Part shown: piece by piece, positions 25,200-39,390 of the stretch
Layout: each line of letters begins with the position of its first letter
Numbering within the stretch: the first letter of the stretch is position 1
DNA from: Eledone cirrhosa
Lineage: Eukaryota
DNA length: 64,000 nt
Direction: 5' to 3'
Assembly (NCBI GenBank): GCA_964016885.1
Contig: OZ024740.1
Span: 97,898,001 to 97,962,000 of the forward strand
Made by a program: the position numbers and the translations under genes
Notes under the pieces: model-generated
Told to the model about the DNA's origin: nothing
Seen by the model: the letters and a program-made list of their open reading frames with translations, nothing else
The model's database searches: none

Positions 25200-25770
25200 T
25201 TAAAGGAACCCAACACAGTGTTTTCAATGTAAACAATGGTTGCATGATATGTGTTGTGGGATCATAACAAGCAGAGTGACAAAACAAATAGAGTGTCCAT
25301 AGAAGTAGTTAATAGCTTTCCTCACCTGCCAGTCGAGGAGAAGATAATTCTCTGAAAGCATAATGACTGAGATAAAAACAAGATAAAAAATGTTCAGAGA
25401 ACTATTGTATCTGCTGGCAAGGAAGGGATTCTCTTTGTAAGCAAAGGATATAATAGTTGTGTACAAAGAGCAATGATACACAATGTTAGACTTTATGAGC
25501 AATGAGGCACAAATGAGTTGAGAATAACAACTGAGTATAAAACAATCAGATGTAGGTTGCAAAAGAGAAGACTGGTAGAGGAATGTAATACATATGGATG
25601 ATAACTGTTGGCTGAAACATTGCCAGGAGCTGCAAGTAAAAGGTAGATGTGGAGATGAACAGCCAAAGTAGACAGGGTAAGAACTGGTGAAAGTTGATCT
25701 TAGGATGACGCTCAACTTTACAAAAGAAGTGTGCCAACAAATAAACTGATGTAAAACATGATCATGATAA
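25200..25770 (+). mobile_element. Highly decayed RTE 3' part
   Basis: Residual matches: TGTAAACAATGGTTGCAT, CTCTGAAAGCATAATG, TTCAGAGAACTATTG, AAGGGATTCTCT. Confidence 0.65.
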
Positions 25771-27456
25771 TATATGTAGTTCATCGTACCTTGAGCTGAT
25801 TGATTGAGAAATGTGCGTCACATGTGAATAAACATAATGATGCTATATTGTTACTTTGTTCCTGCTCAATATTATTGTTATTATTTTATATATACATGTG
25901 TAATATATATACACATACATTATATATATATATAATATATATATATACACTAGTGCATCTCATACATTTACATACTAGCTGCCAGTGCTCAGGTTTTGGT
26001 TGGGTAAGCGATTTTATGAGGAAAAGAAAAAAAGTTCTAACATAATATCTAAAGCTGAGAGAGTAAAATATCTGAAAAGTAGAATGTAATAAATATACTT
26101 AATATGAGTAACATTTCCATACGCTATATTGATTTTGTTTTTCTGGTTTTCTTTGAAATATGCCCACTAGGTTAGCAAACGTGTGAGCAAAATGATATTA
26201 TAAAAAAACTGATATGAAAAATAACATAATATAATAACTAAGTCTATCAGATAAGGCAAATCGTAATATAATAGCTAAGCCTGCCTGTAGTTAAAGTATG
26301 AAATAGTTTCACCATGTACTTCCAATGAAAGTTAGTACATAATTTTACCTTACTGCCATGGGATATGTTTCCAATGTGAATAATATTGTTGCAGACATAC
26401 AGCTGCAGATTTCATTTTGTATAGGCAACTTATCTTATTCAGTTACCCGTTTGAAATATTTAAAGATATATGAAAAAAATTTACAGAAAAAGCAAAACGA
26501 GAAAAAAATTGTATTTTATAATATTTCATTTCATGTTTCACTTAAACACAAAGACATGGATACCACATAGCTGAATGGCTAAGAAATTTGCTTTGCAATC
26601 ATAAGATTCTCTGTTTCAGCTCTCTTTTACTTAAACAGAACACTGCACAGTGGAAAGCTATCTATAAAAAGAAACACAAGTATGATTGTCTCCTCAATAC
26701 AGCTTTCTCAGATTGTTCTGAATGGGCATGTGTATTCCTGTCTGCTGCTCCACAGATTTCATTTAATAAAATTGCAATAAAACTGTTAGTAAGCAGTATA
26801 GAGCAGTATATATATTTAAATGTTGCATCATCTGCAAAATTTGGTTAGGATTCTCAACCACAGTCTTCAGCTTCAAGAAAACCCTTTGAGAATATCTATT
26901 AATTAGATTGACCTCATTATTTGACTGGGATTTCATTGATACTCCAATTGTTTTTTTTTTACTCTCAGCGAGCTTTAGAAGAAGCAAAAATATTTTGGTG
27001 GCTTTTGTATCTAATTTCAAAAATATAGTCAAAAGTATTTATATATAATTAGCATAGTGTGAAATAGAAATAAATAAAATTACCCAAAACTTATAACACA
27101 TGAGAAACTTGTGCTTGGTGTTGTTGAGGGCAATATTTTCATTCTTAGTTTAGGTTTTTCACACTGAACTTTATTATGTATTTCAATTCATAATTTTCCA
27201 ATTTTGAAATTAAATCTTACTTATTTTCATGGATCATCATTGTGCCATGGCACACAATTTGGGAATCGCTGTCTAAGAAGAACAGAAGATGAAATTGTAC
27301 CTGTACTCTATTTGAACCTAATTAAATATAGAAAGGTATTTTGTCAGGAAGCAATCAATCACACTTAAGGATATATGTATGAAAGCTATAAAATGTCATA
27401 GTGCAGGATGAGACTCTTTGTAACCAAAAATTAAAATATATGAAATGTCAGAAAGT

Positions 27457-29730
27457 ATAATAATAATACTTTCATAGACACAGGGTAAAACTTAGTGGAT
27501 AGGTGTGGTTAATTGATTGAATCAATTTCAGTACTTGATTAATATTTTATTGTATCAACGCAAGAATAAAAAGCAAAGTTGTTCTCAATAAGAATTGAAC
27601 TCAGAATTTAATTAATAGTAAATAAATATAGCAAAGCATTTCATCCAATGTTCTATCAAAACTAGCAACCCACCAGTTTCTAATTTAGGCACAAGGCCAG
27701 CAATTTTAAAGTGGGGAATAAATTTATTATAACAACCTCAGCACTTGACTGGCACTTTATTTCATTAATCTCAGTAGAAGGCTGAAAGGAAAAGTTGATC
27801 TAGGCAGGATTCGTACTTAGAGAAAATGGTTTCAGAATAGAAATACCACAAAATATTCTATCCAATAAGCTACCAACTCTGCCAATTTGTCTAATAAAGG
27901 TGATAATGACAATGGTTTTTAATTTAGGTACAAGGCCAGCAAGTTGAAAGTAGAAAGTTGAATAAATCAATCTTAGTGCTTGATTGTTACTTTAATTTAT
28001 TAACTCTGGAAAGATAAAAACAAAACTGTATTCAGTAGGATTTGAACACAGAAAGTTATGACTAGAAACAAATGCTACAGAATATTTTGTCCAATATTCT
28101 AATAATTCTTCCAATTTATTTCCTTTCATAATGATGTTTCTACTTTTGGCACAAGCCCAGCAATTACCCAGTGCATTACTGGTGGTTTTAAGTGGTGAGT
28201 AAATTATAACAACCTCAGTTCTTAACTGGTATTTGTTTTATTAACATGAACAGGATGAGAGGCAAAGTTTACCTTGGAAGGATTTTAACTCAGAACACAA
28301 GCATTCAGAATAGATACTGCAAACATTCCATCCATTAAGCTACCAACTGTGGTAATCTACCCAATAATGATAATAATTATTTCTAATATAGTCACAAGGC
28401 CAGGCATTTTGAGTGAGGGGAAAGTCGATTAAATCGACTCCAGTGTATTACAGGTGCTTTATTTTATCAACCCTGTAAGGATGAAAGGCAAAGCTAACCT
28501 CGACGGGATTTGAACTCAGAATGTTAGAGGCCATAACATGTTGTCCAATGCTATATCAATAAGGCCAATTCACCTCCCTAATAATAATAATCACTGTTTA
28601 ATGTCCATTTTCCATGCTAGCTGGGGTTAGTTGAGTTGTACCATTATAAAACAAGTCAGATCAGGTGACGTTGCCTTGCTAATATTGAACTGTTTCTGGT
28701 TTGGATTCTATGGATGGATGCCCTTCCTAATACCAACCACATTTACAGTGTAGACTGGTTGTTTTTTTATCATAGCACCAAAATGACCATCTGACAGGTT
28801 GGAGGGAGTACTTATTCATTGTGTCACCAGCATGACCACCTTACAGGGTGGACCAGGTGCTTTTCTCATGTCACCAACACAACCACCTTACATGGTGGGC
28901 TGGGTGCTTTAGGCACAAGGCCAACATTTTTGAGGGAAGATAAAGTCAATTAAATCAAATCTAGTATTTCTCTGGTACTTTATTTATCGAATTCAGAAGG
29001 ATATGCAGAGTTGACATCCCTCAGATCCAACACAAAACATAAATAATCAAAACATACTGCAGAGATAACCTCTGAGGGATTTTAATTCAGAATGTAAAGG
29101 GGCGTAACTCTATGCCACAAAGAATGTTGACCGTAACTCTACCGATAATAATAGTTTCTGATTTCAGCACGAGGCCAATTTGGGAGTGGGGGAAATTGAT
29201 TAAATCGACTATATGCTACAAAGTATGTTGTCCAATGCTATACTGATACTGTGATTTCACCACCCTTTTAATAATAACAATAATAATCGTTTCTGATTTA
29301 GGCTCAAGACCAACGGGTTTTTTTTTGGGGGGGGGGGGCAATTCAATTGACCCCAGTACATTACTGGTACTTTATTTAATTGACCCCATAAGGATTAAAA
29401 GCAAAGCTAACCTCGGCAGGATTTGAACACAAAATGTAATGTGACATAGCTCTATGCTGCGAAGCATGTTGTTTGCCAATACTGCCGATCCACTTCCCAT
29501 TTAATGATAATAATAATAATAATGCTTTCTGCTATAGGCAGCAATTAGGGGGTGGGTTGATTAAATCGACCCCAGTGCATTACTGGTACTTTATTTTATC
29601 AACCCCATAAGGATCAAAGGCAAAGCTAACCTCAGCGGAATTTGAAATCCAAACGTAAAGAGATGTTACTATATGCTGGAAAGCCTGTTGTGCAGCACTC
29701 TAGCATTACTGCCAATCCACTTCCCTTCTA
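27457..29730 (-). repeat. Head-to-tail array of about 9 S1-type SINE copies, with an RTE 3' UTR at 28580-28910
   Basis: Recurrent (TAA)n-TTTCTA..GGCACAAGGCCAGCAATT...ACTGGTACTTTATT...GGATTTGAACTCAGAA units starting near 27457, 27675, 27892, 28128, 28363, 28910, 29146, 29271, 29503. Confidence 0.85.
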
Positions 29731-30838
29731 ATAATGTCATTGGCATGAAGACTTTAGCAATCCCAGTAATGAGTTACAGACTTAGCATTCTGGACTGGAC
29801 ACTAAAACAACTAGCTGGAATAGATAGAAAAACAAGAAAAATAATGACCCCATTTAGAATACACCAACCAAAATCAGACGTAGAAAGATTATACCTACCG
29901 AGAATACAAGGAGGAAGGAGCCTCATTCAACTAGAAAACTCTTATAACATAACTATTGTAGGACTACAAAAAAAAAACAAAGGAAATCTAATACAGATAG
30001 CATGAAACATGAACAGAACTAAAAACTGTTCTTGGTCTTCAAGGAAGCCTACAACTTCAAATCAGAAACTGGACTAACAGATAATTGTGAGGAAAATGAA
30101 AACAAAGTAAAAACAACAGAAATTGTGAAAGACATACAATTTAAATTGAAAACTGACATCCAGAATGTCATGTTAAAACGATGACAAGAGAAATCCTTAT
30201 TGGCCAATACCCTAAAAAGCTAAATAATGCTTAATTTTTGTCTCATTTTGAGTCTGTACAAAAGATCTATGCTTATAATACAGCAGGGAAATAATAAATT
30301 TGACCTCATTAATATTTTTTCTAGTGATAAGTTGAAGTATTTGTAGGCACTAATGGACATTTTGGAAACAGTCAGATGGCTGCATTGGCAAGGAATCTAG
30401 TCAGAGCTATAATGAAATAAACTACAGAACATATCAGCTTATTAACATTGAATAATACAAAAATGCCTTCTAATAGATGTATCAATCCTACAGACAACAA
30501 TATATATTCTAAGAAAATGAAGAAACTCTCTAAATATAAAGATCTAGAAAAAGAATTAACTTAAATGTGGAAAATGAAAACTGAAACAATACCTATAATA
30601 ATATGTGCACTAGGAATGATAAAAGAACAGATACATACATAACCAAAACCCCAGGACTTACAAATATATACAGCATACAAACAATAGGCACTGCACACAT
30701 AATATGAAAAGTACTATCAATACAATAGAAACAACACCAGCAAAAACTACACTGCTCATATCCAAAGTGTACAGAGCTGTACTCGGTAAAGCAGTAATGA
30801 TGCACAATAAAAATAATAATAATAATAATAATAATAAT
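29730..30838 (+). mobile_element. R4/Dong-like non-LTR retrotransposon 3' relic (restriction-like endonuclease)
   Basis: IDRKTRKIMT..HQPKSDVERLYLPRIQGGRSL (29673-30005); CLLIDVS...KLSKYKDL..E...MW......IPIIICALG at ~30463-30620; ends in (TAA)n. Confidence 0.8.
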
Positions 30839-31789
30839 GAAGAGGAGGAAACACAGGAGAATGATGATGACTTTGAACAGTGTAAATGATATTATTCTGT
30901 AACATTAGGCAATATGCTTATTTGTCATACTGATTATCTGCTAAGTTTTGTGTTGTAGAATCTCTGATGAAAAGATAAATGGCTTTCCATGGCACAACAG
31001 AACAATATTTAAAATCCTGGTAGACTTTAGAAAGAGATATTATTATATTTGCAAAGTACTAATGGACACTATGGAAACAGTCAAATGGCTGCATTGGCAT
31101 GGAATCTAGTTAGAGCTATAATGAATTAGACTACAGAACGTATCAGCTTATTAACATTAAATAATGCAAAACAAAATATCTTCCAATATATTAGTAAGCC
31201 AGGGATAGGTATAATGTGTAGTTGTATATAAGATACAGCACCTAGGTGGTGAATTTGTATAGTTGTCAGAACATCGGATTAACATTTTGTTGTTATATAT
31301 TTAATGAAATATATGTGAATGTATTCAAATTAATTTTGAAAAATAATCAGAAATTTATGGGAATTTAGTAATATAAGTAAATTCCTATTAAGTTGGTGTC
31401 TGGAGTATTCCAAACGTTTTTACTGAGATTTGTGATAGAAGGTTTTAATATAAGTATGAACACTTTAACATCAGCAGTTTTGTATCATAGAACCATGGGC
31501 AGTTTCAGGCAATTTGGTATCAAAACAGTTAAATAGCTTATAACATTTTAACCGACTCTCTGCATTCTATGTTGAGAATAATTTTGCCTTTCATTGTCTA
31601 AAATGTTTGGAGTTAGGAAGGGCATTTGGCCATAAGATACAATCTTGATGCCAGCAATATCAATGTGAAAATGATGATGGTTGTTGCTTTCTTTATTTTG
31701 AGAAGAATAGTATTTATGGCTGTATAAGTCTCTTCCAGCCTACATGAACAGAATGATGTAGTGAGGTTGTTGCTGTTGTTGCCTGTGGT

Positions 31790-31980
31790 TAGTTTCCAGT
31801 CAACCAAGATCAAGCAGGCCTATGATAAAAGGGATTTCAACCATTACCCTCCACTTTTTGGAGCATGTAGGACTACCTTATATAACATGTCCTCATATTA
31901 CACTTCAGAAAGTTGTGATATGATGAGGTAAATTTGGCTGCTATTTCTCACAGGTTGAGTGACCACACAGAAGTTCCTTT
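31790..31980 (+). repeat. Old unclassified dispersed repeat
   Basis: Motif AATTTGGCTGCTATTTCT..CAGGTTGAG.GACCAC with related copies near 34050-34228, 38360-38515, 38527-38685, 54380-54550. Confidence 0.6.
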
Positions 31981-33685
31981 GTTGGTTTGGGGTTTGTGAG
32001 CCTTTTATCAATAATGCTTAATGTTAGTCTTCTTTCTGAATGTGTACAAAAGATCTATGCTTATAGTACAACAGGGAAAGAATAAATTTGACCTCATTAA
32101 TATTTTTCTAGTGATAAGTCCACATAGGTGGTATGAATGAAATGAAATAATTACAACCAAGATTTGATGCTGTTTTTCAGTCTCAGCATGCTAGAAGCTT
32201 AATTGTTGCTCTTCACATAGCACTTGCCATATTTAGCTTGAATTTGTATATATGCTAGTAGCTGGAGATAGCAAAAAGAAACAACAGAATTGAAACTGAA
32301 AATAGCTCTCAAGAGATGCAGTTCTAAAAACGAAAACATACGGCAGAAGAAAGTGTGATGAGAGGAGGTGTTGTGTCTTGTTCACATCTAATGGTCCCAT
32401 GAGTAAAATAATACTACTTGCCTTGATCTTACAAGAAATAAATTGCTGCTTCCGTGGATAAATCAATTGTTTGGTGCTAAGATAGGTTTCTGGTTTCAGC
32501 TTCATAATTGACATGTAAGTTAATGTAGTTTCTGATTCCCAGTTCCAAATTTACCTAGCATAACTTGATTAGCATATATGCTGAAAATGTTAGGAGTTGT
32601 AAAGTAGCCAAAGGTAATTTGTAATCATCATCAAACAACCTTTTATATTATATTGGATCAAGGTCTGTTTTCTTGAATAGTTTTAAAAATGACTGTATGG
32701 CTATAGAGCAGAACTCTGCAAACTGAAAATAGTTGGAAAAAATTCATACACATGAATTAACATTCCTACTTGTCTCCAACTTTCTGTATTTAATGAAAAG
32801 AACACCTTAATTGATAGCTGAACAAGTGGTTTTGTATTATTTTCTGGCAATAGTTCTGAACAATGATTTAATCTTCCAACCACGAACCCTTCCTACAATC
32901 GTTCAGTTTACACAATATCACTAAATGAGTTCAATTAGAAACAAGACTATTATTAAAATTAACCGCTATAATATATGCAAATTGATTTGTCAAAAATCTA
33001 AAACATAAATTACTCACTTTGGTTGCCAGCATAGTCTAATTTATATTGGTCAATAAAGTTAGCACAGCAGAAAGTCTATTCATTCATGCAATTTTCAATA
33101 TTGTTTGAGATCACGAACATCAAACGACTGTGACTAGAGACTGTTAAATCTTCTGGCAATATTTCTTTCAATACATTTTAAGTATTCGACAAGAATGGAC
33201 CATTTATTATAAACAATCAGGAATGTTCATACAAATACGCCGACATTAGTTAGTGTGACTAGAACAAACCATCTTTAACCATATTTATGTATGAAAACCA
33301 AAGAAAAAAGAAAAAAACACATCGTCTGTATGCTGTATGGAAACATCGATTTCAATGCAGTCTAACCAACAAAGCATTTCCTATGAAATAGCAAAGAAAA
33401 CAAGTTTATTTGTGCTTACAAACTAACTGGCTGTCGAGGATTTTTGAGCAAAGTGTAGACATGAAATTTAAGACTATAATCTCAAAATCATTCATACTTT
33501 TGATATAAACAGTTCATCATCATCAACCCCCCCCCCCCCCACTACCATCATCACCATTATCAACATCATCAATAATGCTATTGAAAAAGCATTTTTCCGC
33601 TGTACATCTTTTTATTAATGTTAGCATCAGTAGAATGGTTTATACAAATGTTTTCATAGATAAAGAACAATTGAATATACATATG

Positions 33686-33712
33686 AGTGTGTGTTTGAGT
33701 GTGTGTGTATGT

Positions 33713-33744
<32 letters not shown>
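33686..33744. repeat. (GT)n microsatellite
   Basis: Imperfect then pure GT run. Confidence 0.95.
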
Positions 33745-33747
<3 letters not shown>

Positions 33748-34544
33748 AGTGTCAAAATAAACTCCCGACTATTAATTTTCTATATTGGCACTTGGCCATG
33801 GTTTTGTTTAGATTAAGGAATAGTATAAGCTAATTAAAAGGATTCCAGTAGATCATACTCATTGGAAGTTTCTTGGGGTGGGGTACTGATAAAACTGGGC
33901 TCCAGTTTTATCAGCTTCCAATGAAATACATCCTGATAGCAGGCTGGCTAAATATAAACATATGTGAACTATAACAACAATATAATCAATATATTACTTG
34001 TATTGAAGAACATTTAACAAAATAAATTTACAAGATGTGTTTTGTATATCCCTGGGTTAACTCTGACTGATCAGACATAAGAGGCTCAAATGCTTTCAAA
34101 CTTTCTATTCCATCTGTTTAGAGGTACATGAAATCATATTTTCAAACTTGTCCTTTCACCATAGTGTTTTAAGTGAAATTTGGATGCTATTTCTAACACA
34201 GCAAGCAATCACATTGAGGATCCCTTACTTGAAATGTAACGAAGCTCTATGACTTAACATTTTTGGGATCATATTTCTAACAATAATATAATGCCTTTGT
34301 ATTTTAATTATCAAAATAATTAACTTTCAGCTAAACAAAAGATAAATACTAACATCTAATATTATATGATATGCAATAATATGATTCCAGTCCAAGTTTC
34401 AAATTTAAATTTGAACACATTAATCGAGGCAGTTTTGTGTTGGTTTAATGTGTTGGTTTTGTGTTGGTTTAAAAGGATTAATGTAATTCTAAATTATATC
34501 ATTATATCTCAAATCACTAAGATTCACAGAGGAGCTGACAAAGG

Positions 34545-34895
34545 AATGCAGCGAGTGGAAAGATGCTGAGGTGAAAAGGAGCTGTCAAATCCATGCAAGC
34601 ATGAAAGAATGGATGTAGAAACGATGATGATGCTGATATCTGACTTCCCACAACTGTGTTTTGTCCTTGACACAAATGAAAAGAAATCTTTTCTTGCATC
34701 AATAGCAAAACATCCTCTCTAATGCTGGTGCCACAGTAAAATGTACCCAGTCCACTCTGTAAAGTGGTTGGCATTAGGAAGGCCATCCAGTTATAAAAGT
34801 GGAACAGTAAGTTCAAGTTATAACCTCGTCTGTAGTGACTCATCTAACCTACACTAGTGGAGAAAAACGTTTGTAACATGATGATGATGATGGTG
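34545..34895 (+). mobile_element. Two old RTE-type 3' ends
   Basis: CCATGCAAGCATG...ACGATGATGATG (~34590-34635); CTGTAAAGTGGTTGGCATTAGGAAGGCCATCCAG...(GAT)n (34700-34895). Confidence 0.7.
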
Positions 34896-35944
34896 ATATT
34901 GCAACAGATGGAGATTCATAATCTTTTTAATTTGGTTGACTTGCAATTGATGCTTGAGCAAAGAAGGAGTTGATGTACATCAATTCCAGAGCTATTATAT
35001 TCAGACAGAGATTTTTCACTGCACTCCACATTGGATTTTAGTTTAAGGTAGCTCTTCATCTAACTTCACCATAGTATTTATTGTGAATGCAAATAAGTAG
35101 TGTTCAGAATAATTCCTAAAGTAAAAAAAAATATATAATAAAAATACAGTACAAGAAAAACAAAAAACAAAAAAATCATTTAATACTTTGAAAACAACAA
35201 AAAAAAAAAAGAATTATGCAGTCAGATTATGTTTGGTTTCTCTGTAAATATCCTTATCTACTTGAGGTTAGAAATATATTGTCTATTTATGATATCCAAT
35301 AGGAATTCACATCTATGAATATTATCTTTTAACAATATTCCAAGCATTGTAAAACCATTCTATAATGAGAGAAAGTCTCTTTACTCAACCTGTTATACAC
35401 CATAGCTCCTGTGTATCTCCAATGCAATCAATACTTTTACTTGTGTATTGCAAAGTTTTAATCTAATAAATGCTATTCTATCACCAAGGGAATCTAACAG
35501 ACTTCAGATATCTATGAGACACAAGTCTGATCTCAGTTATCATCTTTCAGATAAACATTCCATCATATTTTATTGTCCCTACTTTATAAATAGCTTTCCA
35601 AATACAGATGAATCAATGAGAGATAATTTCAAAACTTGCTAATATATTTTATTTCTGATATCTTCTTGTCAAAACAAACCATATCAATCACATTATACTA
35701 TACAGTATATATTGTAAATAAATCTGAAACTTCATATCACTTTGAAAATAAATTTGTTGACATTATTGCATTTTTAATTTGCATGCAATAATTACACACA
35801 TTAATACTAATTTCAGTTTTAATTACCCAATTCTTCTCATATACCTATTGAATAAATCTTTAGATACTGCCTTTCTCATTTTATATGTAGGCATGTATTT
35901 ATTTGATGTGTGGGTGTTAAACCACCCAGACTATGAATTTATAT

Positions 35945-37337
35945 CCCCTCACTAGTTTGCATTTGGGACAGAGGATGGAATTTCTACCTGCACCTTTCCT
36001 ACACACTGAGCAAGGCCATTACTCCAAGGGGATCAGGGCTCTATTTTCCCTTCTACTTACTAGGACATTAGTCTTTGCCTGGTTGAATTTAAGACCTCTT
36101 GTTTCTAGGCTGTGCTTCCAGATTTGGAGTTTCTTCTCCAAATCTGGTATAGACTCAGCTATGAGTGTAAGATTATCCATGTACCAGAGTTCCCATGGGC
36201 AGCCAGTCATAAACTCCTCTGTTATGGCCTACAATACGATAATAAACAGGATTGGGATAACAACAGAGCCTTGGTGGGTGCTAACCAGGATGTTAAATTC
36301 CTTGCTATAGTTATTAATCCTAACTTTGCTGACTGCTCCCCTATAAATGGCTTGTGCAGCCTTCACAAGCTACTCATCTATTCCTAGATGTTTAAGAGCA
36401 CACCAGATTATGGCAGGGGGAACTCTGGTAAAAGCCATCTCCAAATCAATAAATGCCAGGTAAAGAGGCTTACTTTTAACTAGGTACTCCTGTAGATACT
36501 TCACCAGGAAGAGAGCATCTGAAGAGCTTTTATCTGGCACAAATCTGAACTACATCTCATCTAGATTAACCCGGTCATTAATCAGCTGTGCTATGACTTT
36601 TTCAGTTAATCAGCTGTGCTATGACTTTTTCAGTTAATTCCATGACCTGGTCCATCAACCTGATCCTTCTATAGTTTCCTCTATCAAGTGCATCTCCTTT
36701 ACTCTTGTAGCAGGTGACAATGATACTGCTGCACCAATCATTTGGTATGACACCATTTAGTATTATTTGGTTTATGATATATGTTGTTAAGGTGCCACCC
36801 ACTGACCCAGATGCTTTCAGAATCTTGGCAAGTATCCCCAATGGACCGGTTGCTTTCCCAGTATTCATATCCTTAATTACCTTGTTTACTACACTGGTGC
36901 TCACTTGTACTGCTGGGCTCCCTGTTGCGTCCACTTAGGCTAGGCTCTTCTTTTACCATGCATTCTCCTCATTCAGTAATCTTTCAATGTCTGTGAGGAC
37001 AAGTGCATTTTTATCCTCACAGACACAGTTCTCTCCAATAACATCTCTATTTTCCCTAATGCATTGCCTTGAAATCCGGAACGCCTCCTGTTTTTGGTCT
37101 TCACATTGCAATACATGCTTGAATTTTTATATTCTGCTTCCCTCCTTGCAAAATATAATTGTTACCTAGCTTCCATCATGGCCTCTATGTAGTGTACCAT
37201 GCTTCCTCCATTCTTCCTTTTCTCCATGTCTGTCTCTTGGCCTTAATTGTCTCATCTACCTTATTGTTCCACCACTAAGTCACTATCCTTCTCTGTGTAG
37301 CCCTGCTCCATCCATAGATTTCGTTTGTTGCCTTCAG
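35945..37337 (-). mobile_element. Older RTE LINE internal fragment
   Basis: ORFs 36602-36934 (KGDALDRGNYR) and 36019-36210; 28-bp tandem duplication at ~36578-36638. Confidence 0.9.
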
Positions 37338-38002
37338 TGTATATATTTATAATTATACATGCATATATATGTGTGTGTGTGAATTGGAAATACTAATAAA
37401 ATGATCCAACCAAAATATAGCATCATCCTACATATGTAGCTGTGAAATAATTGGTTAGTAGAAAGTAAATATATATGTATATGTATTCTTTGTCTGCTAC
37501 TGTATCAGAAAAGAAAATATGAAAAATAAACAAAATGAGCCAGACAGACTTACATAAATATTTATGACAGCAACTCTAGATTCTGTTATTTGTAAGGTTC
37601 TTAAAAACCTTCTAATATAATAGTAAATATATAAAGAAGAAAATTGTCTTTCAGAAATACACAACCGAGTGAAGGAAAGGTATGAGCAAAGAATTTGTCA
37701 GTTTATATGTCACTTATAGAAATACAACTTTCCTTTCTTATAACCTAGTTGCAAGGAAATGAATTAGAAAATAACAGCAACAATTTATCTATATAAAGAT
37801 GATGATGAATGTTGTTATTGGCGGTGTTTAGACTCAGGTCAACCTTAAATGCATTATGTTAAAATCCGCAGTGGCTTATCAAGCCAGTGTTTATCCCAGT
37901 TTCATTGACATAGGTTAATGAGTTCAACACGTTCTTAAGATTGGAAATTGTAATTTGAAGGCTTTCACTTTTTGGATATGCACAGCATGAGGCCAAGCAT
38001 GG

Positions 38003-38188
38003 CAGTATCGGAAGAGGGTCGGATGCCATGCTTTGCGGCATAGAATTAAGGCCCTTTACAGTCTGAGTTAAAATCCCGCTGAGCTAAACTTTACCTTTCA
38101 TCGTTACGGGGGTCGATAAAATAAAGTACCAGTAATGCACTGGGATAATTGCTGGCCTTGTGCCAAAAGTAGAAATTATTACCATCAT
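38003..38188 (+). mobile_element. SINE family S1
   Basis: Collinear with 4178-4357. Confidence 0.85.
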
Positions 38189-38825
38189 CTCATGGTGTAA
38201 GCCATTGATGTGATTTTGGTGGGATAGGCTGGAGTAATGTAAATAAAGTGTATCACTCAAATATACAACCCACCAACTGGTCCTATAATCAAACCCACAA
38301 CCTTACCATCAGGAACTCAACACCATAACCATTAGCCCATGTGCTGTCATAACCATGAATAAGCAGGCTTATAATTAAAAGCAGTTCAACCATGACATTC
38401 TTGTTTTTTTAATATTACATCAAGTAGTACATTAATTCTATGTTTGAGCATGCTTTTTATTCCATTGAGATTTAACCTCAATTTCTAGCAGGTCAAGTAA
38501 TTATGTAGTCTCTCTTGTAGTGCTATGATCATCAAAGACACTCCAGCTATGAGTAGCTAGCATATTGTATTTAGCACAACATAGTTAAATGTCCTGCCAA
38601 TTTTTAAGAGAGTATGGAGTGGTATGAAACAGATTTGGCTTCTATTCTTAGCTGGTTCAGCAATTACATTGAGTTTTCCTTCGGAGAATAACAGAGATGT
38701 GGAGAGGGGGACATGTTATGCCTGGGCAAGGCGATAGTAAAACATCTTCTTGCTAAAGATGCTGTGTAATGGGCTTGAATGTAAAACGATGCTGTTACAA
38801 TGTGAAATCTGTAACCATGCATATA

Positions 38826-38858
<33 letters not shown>

Positions 38859-38861
<3 letters not shown>

Positions 38862-39192
38862 ATCATCATTTCATTTTACGTCCACTTTTCCTTGCTTGCA
38901 AGGGTGGGATGGGAACTGATTCTGGCTTGATTTATACAGCTGGATGCCCTTCCTAACACCAACTTCATTTACAGTGAGTGCTGGGTGTTTTTTTGCCGTG
39001 GCACCTCCACGACCACTTTACAGTGGAATGATAGGGATCCCAGTCCCTATCATCTCATTCCTACAGCTGAGTAAACTGGAGCAACGTGAAATAAAGTGTC
39101 TTGCTCAAGGAAACAACACATCACCCGGTCTGAGAATTGAACTCACAACCTTTCGATTGCAAGGCCAATGCTCTAACCACTAAGCCATGTGC
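38859..39192 (-). mobile_element. SINE family S2 (second copy)
   Basis: Reverse complement of 14352-14702 at high identity; TA-rich repeat on both sides. Confidence 0.88.
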
Positions 39193-39390
39193 ATATATGT
39201 ATATATATGAATAAAGTTAGTCCTTCATCAGTGATCTTCCAACCTTCATTGGTATTTCATCGTTTTAAAGACCATATACCTCCGGTTGGTGCGAGCAACG
39301 GCTGAAGAAAGTCGTTGGGACACGTAAATAAGAAGAACGAGCGAGACTGTAAACATTCAAAGATGGTAATGCAACGAAAAGTGAGCAAGA

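Noticed and set aside
31280-31533. Possible TTAA-flanked MITE
   Set aside because: Terminal inverted repeats too degenerate to support from a single copy.
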